Both the position numbers and the translations under genes were made by a program. Shown piece by piece: positions 6,688 through 12,509 of a stretch of DNA of 12,509 nucleotides; within the stretch, counting starts at the first letter, position 1; every line of letters starts with the position of its first letter. Below the pieces are notes generated by a model. It ran no database searches. It was given only the letters and a program-made list of their open reading frames with translations, and had not been told where the DNA came from. The stretch covers positions 1 through 12,509 of the forward strand of contig JBMYPC010000092.1 in the NCBI GenBank assembly GCA_049599895.1, written 5' to 3'. The stretch comes from Bacteriovoracaceae bacterium. GTDB lineage: Bacteria > Bdellovibrionota > Bacteriovoracia > Bacteriovoracales > Bacteriovoracaceae.

Positions 6688-8115
6688 ATGAAAAGCGTAA
6701 GAAAGACCTTATTAACACTGATAATCTGCTCAAAACTTGTTTTGATGGGTTTTTCAGTAAAAGCTTTTGCTGGGAGCTTTGAAAAATACTCATTTCAAGA
6801 TGATTTAAAGCATCTTAGTAGTTACCTCACAAGTGTTGAAGAGGCCAAACAGGATTACGTTCTGCTTTCGTTAAGCAAAGTCTTTATGATCAATGGCGAT
6901 CTCAATAAGGCCCAGTATTTTCTTGATAAGATTCAAAAACCCAATTCTAAAGTCGCACTGATAAAGCGCTACTATCAAGGGATGATAAATTTTTTAAATG
7001 ATGACTACATAGCAGCTTACCAAAAGCTCGACTACGATCGTTTTTATGAAAGCTCTGCCTACCCTAATGTTTGTCTTCTTAAAATCACAACGATGATGGC
7101 CATCCCCGAAAAAGTTCCAGGCCCGATTCTAAGAAGAGAGTATAATCGCTGTCATAATCGAACCATCGAGTTCTCATCGACTGAGCACTTTTGGACCAAT
7201 ACTCTGACATTGTTTCGATCTCATTACAAAGATGCTCTCAATGGGAAAATACTTGAAAGCTATCGTTACGTTCTTGAAGATATTGACCTTTTGAGAATTT
7301 GGTTAAAAGCTGGGCTTATCATGAACAAACAAGAGGTACTTGCTAAGTTTCTCCCTAGTGTTAACCCAAGTTTTTATGAATCTGCTCATATTCGAGAGCT
7401 CATTGGTCTTGTTTACTTTCGTTTAGGAAAGTTTGAAGATGCTTTTAAATATGTTGAAGACTTAAACACTCCTAATGCACAAAACCTCTTAGGGCTCATC
7501 AAAGTCAAAGAAGAAAAACTTGAACTCGCTTTAGGACATTTTCAATTGGCCTTAAAGAAAAAGAAAAATAGCCTCAACGCCTTAAGACATGCACTGGCCC
7601 TTACTTGGATATTAGAGCAATGGAATATTGGAACGAAACTTGTGGATAAGGTTCATGGTTCAAACTTCAAATGGGAGCATAAATTGGCCCTTAAGGGTGC
7701 CTTTCATGCATTCCTAGGTGAATACAAACAACTCCACCTTGTAACGTCACTTCTCGAGTCACAATACCCCAATAAAGTTCCATTTGAAGTTGAACTCCTG
7801 AGGGCCTTTTCAGGAATTATCAGTGATAACTTTGACCGTTTTGAATCAGGATCCCATGAAGGCTGTAAATCTCATGATGGAATGAGCTGTTATTTTTCTC
7901 ATAAATTTATCCAGGATCCCAACTTCACCTATAGCGTTAAAAGAAAAGAGAAGATAATAGCAGACATCAATATTGACCTTGAAGGCCTTACTCAAGATAT
8001 AAAAATTGATTCTCTAAATGAAATCCCACTTATTTTTCAAAGAGATATTCGAGAAATGGATAATCGAGTGGGGTCTATAGAAGACGCTAATAATCTTTTT
8101 AAATTTTCAAATTAA
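6688..8115 (+). CDS. Exported tetratricopeptide-repeat-like (TPR) protein
   Basis: Start moved from the TTG at 6649 to the ATG at 6688, giving signal peptide MKSVRKTLLTLIICSKLVLMGFSVKAFA|G and placing the start downstream of the sigma-28-like promoter. TPR-like helices: LIGLVYFRLGKFEDAFKYV, AQNLLGLIKVKEEKLELALGHFQLALK, YYQGMINFLNDDYIAAYQKL. Confidence 0.8.
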   Translation: MKSVRKTLLTLIICSKLVLMGFSVKAFAGSFEKYSFQDDLKHLSSYLTSVEEAKQDYVLLSLSKVFMINGDLNKAQYFLDKIQKPNSKVALIKRYYQGMINFLNDDYIAAYQKLDYDRFYESSAYPNVCLLKITTMMAIPEKVPGPILRREYNRCHNRTIEFSSTEHFWTNTLTLFRSHYKDALNGKILESYRYVLEDIDLLRIWLKAGLIMNKQEVLAKFLPSVNPSFYESAHIRELIGLVYFRLGKFEDAFKYVEDLNTPNAQNLLGLIKVKEEKLELALGHFQLALKKKKNSLNALRHALALTWILEQWNIGTKLVDKVHGSNFKWEHKLALKGAFHAFLGEYKQLHLVTSLLESQYPNKVPFEVELLRAFSGIISDNFDRFESGSHEGCKSHDGMSCYFSHKFIQDPNFTYSVKRKEKIIADINIDLEGLTQDIKIDSLNEIPLIFQRDIREMDNRVGSIEDANNLFKFSN

Positions 8116-10010
8116 AAAACGTACCCTGATGCGAGATAAAAGCCAGTTGAACTGGAGGAGACATCGTATTCAATAGTTGGATAGGTAAATGTTTGAGAGA
8201 AGCTTTCAAACTCAGCTCCCAACTTTAGATAAGTCTTTCTTTCAAGCCAATACTTTAAACCATAATCAAGATTAAACCCAACACTTGGGCCAATGGTCAG
8301 ATTTTCTTTGTCATCTGATGGCGAATAAAGAAGGTCCATCTCAAGAGGTGTTGAAAAACGCGAAGACTTAAACACATCCCATTCGATACCAAAGCGAAAA
8401 ACATTTCGAGTAATACGGTCAAAACGAGACTGAAGGACGCTGTCTTCAGTTGGATGAACAAGAACCAGCCTTTGGTCAATTCCATAACCAATAACGGCAT
8501 TCACTCTTCGCTTCCAATTAAACTTCACACTAAATTCCGTTTTAATTGAAGTATCAATACTCTGCTCATCAATACTGAGACCATTATTATTAAAGGTCTG
8601 AGCATAACGGCTAACCTTAATGACAGGTCTCCATTTCGAATTGGAAGCAATTTCCCAAGTAAGACCAAGAATGGATGAAGAATCAGATTCATAATCCTGA
8701 TCCCCACTAAAGGTCGTGTCCCCTGTCACAGATAAGGTTGTAGGAGCATTTTGCCAGGTTAAGGAAACAATATTTTTTGAAAAGAGTTCTTCTTTACTGA
8801 AGAGGTTCATAACATCAACTTTTTTCTTTTTCGAAACAATAAGGTCCTTTCTAAGCCCTTTATTAAGAATACGACTTGCAAGTAAATCTCGCCTATTCTT
8901 TTTATTAAGTGGAACAAAACCTTTTATAGCGTCTAACTTTAATCCTTTTGGTGCGAGATACTGTCCCGTTTGTTCATCAAAGCTTCCGACATACTTGTCT
9001 TCATAAACCTTCGTTTTGACATTGAAGCTCGCCTTTTTTGATGGGGGTACGTAGACACCGGTTTCAAGATCGATAAAACCACCAGATTTCGCTGCAAAAA
9101 TACCATTATTAAGATCACTCACCCCTTCAGCTGGAACAGTTTGTTCCGTTTGAGGTAAGGCCCTTAGTTTAGAATCAGCTTGCTCAGAATAGCGTGCGAT
9201 GTCTTTAGAGCCTTGATCTTTTGCGACTAATGACTTGTTATTGGAAAGCGCAGCATATTGAATTGGCGAAATTCTAACGGGTCTTGTGACTTTTTTTACA
9301 CCAGCTAAACTCGCAGCAAACTGTCCAGACTGAACATTAACAACCTCACCATTTTTTTGAACCCCCTCGGAAAACAAAGACTCAACATCTTGAACACTTT
9401 CTTCTGGGTAGTCCTCAACCTCGATGTCAACCTCGAGGTCATCTACAGACTTTTGAGAAATTCTTTTTCTCACTTTCTTCTTTCGACTCTTTTTTGACGA
9501 AGAATTAATGTCAGTTTTTTTCATCTCCACTTCACCTGAAAAAGTCAGGGTATTTGTCAGTGTTGTTTCTGGGTTATAAACAGTTAAAAATTCTGTTCCA
9601 CGAACACCCATAGCTGCAGTTCGCGTTCGAACGTAGAATTTATGAGGGTCAGTCTTTTTCTTTCGTATAGAGGGATTCGTATAGCTTGATCGCAATTTTC
9701 CTTTAAGAAGAACAATGAGACCTTTTTTATTTTTGAGAGTCTCTCGGATTACAATTTTTGTGTTTGAACCAAGGTTTAAACTGGCCCCAGACTTATAGAC
9801 AATTTGAACAAATGATTTTTTTCCAGTGACAATTGAAGTTTCTCGAACGAGATTGTCTCCCACTTCAGCTTTTCGGGCGATAAGATCACCTGGAGCGAGT
9901 TGAGTGACCTGACCAAAAACTTTTACAACGCTAGCGATTGGCCCGACTGCTTGTCCTTGCCCAGACATTAAGAATGCTAATAAAAGTAAAGCGAATCTAA
10001 AAAAATACAT
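8112..10010 (-). CDS. FecR-like domain exported protein with probable C-terminal outer-membrane beta-barrel
   Basis: Signal peptide, then FecR-domain pattern VGDNL..ETSIVTGKKSFVQI.YKSGASLNLGSNTKI / LLKGKLR / VRTRTAAMGVRGTEF. The last ~220 aa have alternating amphipathic strands and end GFYLASGYVF (Y-x-F BAM-type signal). Confidence 0.8.
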   Translation of the reverse strand: MYFFRFALLLLAFLMSGQGQAVGPIASVVKVFGQVTQLAPGDLIARKAEVGDNLVRETSIVTGKKSFVQIVYKSGASLNLGSNTKIVIRETLKNKKGLIVLLKGKLRSSYTNPSIRKKKTDPHKFYVRTRTAAMGVRGTEFLTVYNPETTLTNTLTFSGEVEMKKTDINSSSKKSRKKKVRKRISQKSVDDLEVDIEVEDYPEESVQDVESLFSEGVQKNGEVVNVQSGQFAASLAGVKKVTRPVRISPIQYAALSNNKSLVAKDQGSKDIARYSEQADSKLRALPQTEQTVPAEGVSDLNNGIFAAKSGGFIDLETGVYVPPSKKASFNVKTKVYEDKYVGSFDEQTGQYLAPKGLKLDAIKGFVPLNKKNRRDLLASRILNKGLRKDLIVSKKKKVDVMNLFSKEELFSKNIVSLTWQNAPTTLSVTGDTTFSGDQDYESDSSSILGLTWEIASNSKWRPVIKVSRYAQTFNNNGLSIDEQSIDTSIKTEFSVKFNWKRRVNAVIGYGIDQRLVLVHPTEDSVLQSRFDRITRNVFRFGIEWDVFKSSRFSTPLEMDLLYSPSDDKENLTIGPSVGFNLDYGLKYWLERKTYLKLGAEFESFSQTFTYPTIEYDVSSSSTGFYLASGYVF

Positions 10011-10022
10011 AAATTTCAGTCT

Positions 10023-10051
10023 ATTATCCTTTCAACAAGCTAGCCAGTCAA
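10023..10051 (-). promoter_or_regulatory. Putative sigma-70 promoter of the FecR/beta-barrel gene
   Basis: Minus strand TTGACT (10051-10046)-N17-GATAAT (10028-10023). Both hexamers match 5/6 with optimal spacing, inside the 51-bp intergenic gap. Confidence 0.6.
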
Positions 10052-10061
10052 CAATTGTTGT

Positions 10062-11579
10062 CTACTTCACTGGCTTAAAATCTTTTCCATCAAAACAATA
10101 GACAGTGCTATTCCCCTCAACTGTAGTGGCGATACTCACAGGTCTGCGCCAAATAGAGTATATATTCACTAAGGTATCATGGGCTGTATTTAAATCGAGA
10201 TCAGTGCCGTAGTGAACATGATTGAGGAGGAGCTCACCTCTATTTTTATGATTGGCATCTTCAACTTCAATCAAAGGTGTTCCGAAATTTGTCAGCTGAG
10301 TCAGAAGCTTTTGCTTAATACTTTGAAAGTCTCGAGTCTCTACTTCATTACGACCGGTTCGAGGATTGTATTTATAGGTAAAGATTTGCATTCGATTACA
10401 GAACTCTTCAGTGAAAAACTCATCAATAAAGGTAATGTCATTATGGGTTCTTCTCACTTCAAAAATTTTCTCACGACCAAGGCCAGAACCTAGGTCCCAA
10501 TTCTCTTTTTGATTCATATCCTGACATTCAACATAGTCTTTACCGAAACGACCTGTATTCCAGCGATATTCAATATCCCGCATAAGCTCAATTCCGATCT
10601 TATAAGGATTGATTTGTTTACGACTCATGGCCATAACACCAGCATGGTGATCGGCAAAATCAATGATCTCATTGGCCTTCAGGGCCTTTTGGGTCATGAT
10701 TGTTGAGTGCCAATAACTCGCCCAGCCCTCATTCATAATTTTAGTCATTCTTTGAGGGAGAAAATAATAAGCCTCTTCACGAAGAATTCCGATGATATCC
10801 GCTTCCCATTCTTTTAAGGGAGCAAAGTCCATAAGAAACTTCATGATATCTCTTCTATGCATTGGAGAGATAACTTCTTTTGGCAGCTTGAAGTCTTCTT
10901 CAAGGGGAATATCGGAGTCACTTTGTTGATCCCTCAATCTTTTCTGACTTCTTAAAAAGGATTGTAGAGCATTCGAACCTGAAGAAATGTCAGTTTCTGT
11001 TCCCTCTGCTGTTGCTTGCACTTCCATTTCTTTTCGGTTTCTTTCAAGATCAGGAGTTTCAAACAAAAGTTGGGGATCAATAAGGTTATCAATTGAATTC
11101 ACTTTATCGATGAAGGCTTCAACCTTGTCTTGGCCATACTTGGACATATAGCGCCGAATTTTAGCGCCATGATTGGCCATAACATCCATCATCGAACGAT
11201 CAGTACTACTAAACCAATAATTGTGTTTAAAGAAATCAGCATGTCCATAAACATGGGCCATCACTGTTTTTTGATCGACCAAATGATTGGCATTGAGAAG
11301 GTAGGCATAACAAGGATCGGTATTGATCACCATCTCATAAATTTTTTGCATTCCGTAGGCATAACCTTTGGCCATTTGGTCATATTGCATACCAAAACGC
11401 CAATGGGGATAACGATTAGGAAATCCCTCTTGAGCCGCAAGAATATTGATTGTATCGTAATCACAAACTTCAAAAATAACGGGATAGAAATCGAGTCCAT
11501 AATCAATGGCGTATTTCTCGATCCTTTCTTTCAACCTTAAAAGTTCACCTTCAATGGGTCGGCTTCGATATGTAAACAA
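10062..11579 (-). CDS. spoVR: SpoVR/YcgB family protein
   Basis: Signature segments YGLDFYPVIFE, GFPNRYPHWRFG, KIYEMVINTDPCYAYL, AHVYGHADFFKHN, YFLPQRMTKIMNEGWASYWH, NPYKIG. TTG start lies 2 bp after the DUF444 stop. Confidence 0.95.
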   Translation of the reverse strand: MFTYRSRPIEGELLRLKERIEKYAIDYGLDFYPVIFEVCDYDTINILAAQEGFPNRYPHWRFGMQYDQMAKGYAYGMQKIYEMVINTDPCYAYLLNANHLVDQKTVMAHVYGHADFFKHNYWFSSTDRSMMDVMANHGAKIRRYMSKYGQDKVEAFIDKVNSIDNLIDPQLLFETPDLERNRKEMEVQATAEGTETDISSGSNALQSFLRSQKRLRDQQSDSDIPLEEDFKLPKEVISPMHRRDIMKFLMDFAPLKEWEADIIGILREEAYYFLPQRMTKIMNEGWASYWHSTIMTQKALKANEIIDFADHHAGVMAMSRKQINPYKIGIELMRDIEYRWNTGRFGKDYVECQDMNQKENWDLGSGLGREKIFEVRRTHNDITFIDEFFTEEFCNRMQIFTYKYNPRTGRNEVETRDFQSIKQKLLTQLTNFGTPLIEVEDANHKNRGELLLNHVHYGTDLDLNTAHDTLVNIYSIWRRPVSIATTVEGNSTVYCFDGKDFKPVK

Positions 11580-11581
11580 AA

Positions 11582-12508
11582 CTATTTCCCTTTTCCTAAA
11601 AAGTCTTTGATGGAATCAAGAATGGCGTCTTTATTTTTGATTTTTGAAAGAATGATATCTTCGTGTTTTTCACCATACTTTGCGTGGAGGTCTTTATAAA
11701 ACTGACCTGAGCCGTAGCGACTTTCAACTTGCCCGTAACAAAAAACATTACTATTAGGGATTATAAAATCATCTAACAAGTCTAAGCAAAGCTTAGTATC
11801 ATCACTTGACCAGTTATCACCATCTGAGAAATGAAAAGGATATATATTCCATTCAGATGAGTTGTAATCAGATTCAATAATGTCTTTACAGAGTTTGAAA
11901 GCGGATGAGATTAAAGTACCACCAGATTCCCTCGTTCTAAAAAATGTTTGCTCATCAACTTCTTTAGCCGTGGCATCGTGAATAATGTAGCGGATATCAA
12001 TATCTTTATACTGACTTTTAAGCCAAAGATTAATCCAAAAGCTTTCGGTTCGAACAATTTCTTTTTGCTCATCACCCATTGATCCAGAAACATCCATCAT
12101 ATAGATGACCACAGCTGAGTTCTCATGCTCAATGGTCACATTAGATGAACGAAACCGCATATCTGAGCGAATGGGGATAATGACAGGATTTTTTTCATCA
12201 TATGTCCCAGTTGCAACCTGTCTTTTCAAAGCTTCTTTATATGATCTTTTGTAATGTTTTAGTGAATCAGGACCAGTGGTTCCTATAGTTGAATACTTAC
12301 TTGATTGAACCTCGAGACTCTTTGATCCTTTAGGTTCGATCTTTGGAAGCTCAAGCTCTTCCCCAAGAATCGATGCAAGCTCATCTAAAGAAAGATCGAC
12401 CTCAAGCTCTTTATTTCCCTCACCTTCTCCAGCTTCGCCTTGCCCCGGCTCACCGGGCTGGCCAGGTTGCCCATCGACAGGGTCGCCTTGATTGCCTTCT
12501 CCCTGACC
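11582..12508 (-). CDS. yhbH: YeaH/YhbH family (DUF444) protein with C-terminal vWA-like domain, 5'-truncated by the window edge
   Basis: The frame stays open upstream of the ORF-track start (12229) to the window end: [61 protein letters not shown]...[11 protein letters not shown]. Motifs [37 protein letters not shown]. Adjacent to spoVR as is usual for this family. Confidence 0.95.
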   Translation of the reverse strand, partial: GQGEGNQGDPVDGQPGQPGEPGQGEAGEGEGNKELEVDLSLDELASILGEELELPKIEPKGSKSLEVQSSKYSTIGTTGPDSLKHYKRSYKEALKRQVATGTYDEKNPVIIPIRSDMRFRSSNVTIEHENSAVVIYMMDVSGSMGDEQKEIVRTESFWINLWLKSQYKDIDIRYIIHDATAKEVDEQTFFRTRESGGTLISSAFKLCKDIIESDYNSSEWNIYPFHFSDGDNWSSDDTKLCLDLLDDFIIPNSNVFCYGQVESRYGSGQFYKDLHAKYGEKHEDIILSKIKNKDAILDSIKDFLGKGK

Positions 12509-12509
12509 T

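Noticed and set aside
6032..9006. Nested ORFs 6032..6235, 8297..8500, 8525..8707, 8716..9006
   Set aside because: Short and fully overlapped by long coherent CDSs; no protein-family features.
10212..12093. Nested ORFs 10212..10493, 10509..10706, 11130..11540, 11911..12093
   Set aside because: Antisense or alternative-frame artefacts of the conserved spoVR and yhbH genes.
12227..12229. ORF-track TTG start for the DUF444 gene
   Set aside because: Internal Leu codon; the frame continues with YhbH-like sequence to the window end.
12421..12509. GC-rich, collagen-like [12 protein letters not shown] stretch suggesting a repeat or foreign DNA
   Set aside because: It is the Gly-rich low-complexity linker normal for YeaH/YhbH proteins.
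1..12509. CRISPR arrays, IS elements, prophage, tRNA/rRNA, frameshifted or recoded genes
   Set aside because: By eye I found no regularly spaced direct repeats, transposase or integrase motifs, RNA-gene signatures or interrupted reading frames; coding regions tile the window almost completely.

Overview
AT-rich bacterial chromosomal window, most consistent with a Bdellovibrionota predator (Bacteriovoracales-like). That assignment is inferred from gene content and protein style and was not verified. Left part (minus strand): rpoH-type sigma factor, rpsO, pnp, dut and a truncated small ORF. Middle: four uncharacterised exported or envelope proteins (small secreted protein, 552-aa secreted protein with six Cys, TPR-like protein, FecR-like protein with a probable C-terminal beta-barrel). 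Right (minus strand): truncated YeaH/YhbH (DUF444) gene followed by a SpoVR/YcgB gene. I see no mobile element, CRISPR array, rRNA/tRNA or defence system, and no clear-cut new multi-gene system. The most interesting signals are non-coding: (i) a symmetric, overlapping, bidirectional sigma-28 (FliA)-like promoter between two unknown exported-protein genes; (ii) a candidate S15 autoregulatory leader hairpin; (iii) a ~94-nt strand-specific hairpin in the pnp leader; (iv) apparent over-representation of GGCC; (v) a palindrome overlapping a sigma-70-like promoter of the FecR/barrel gene.
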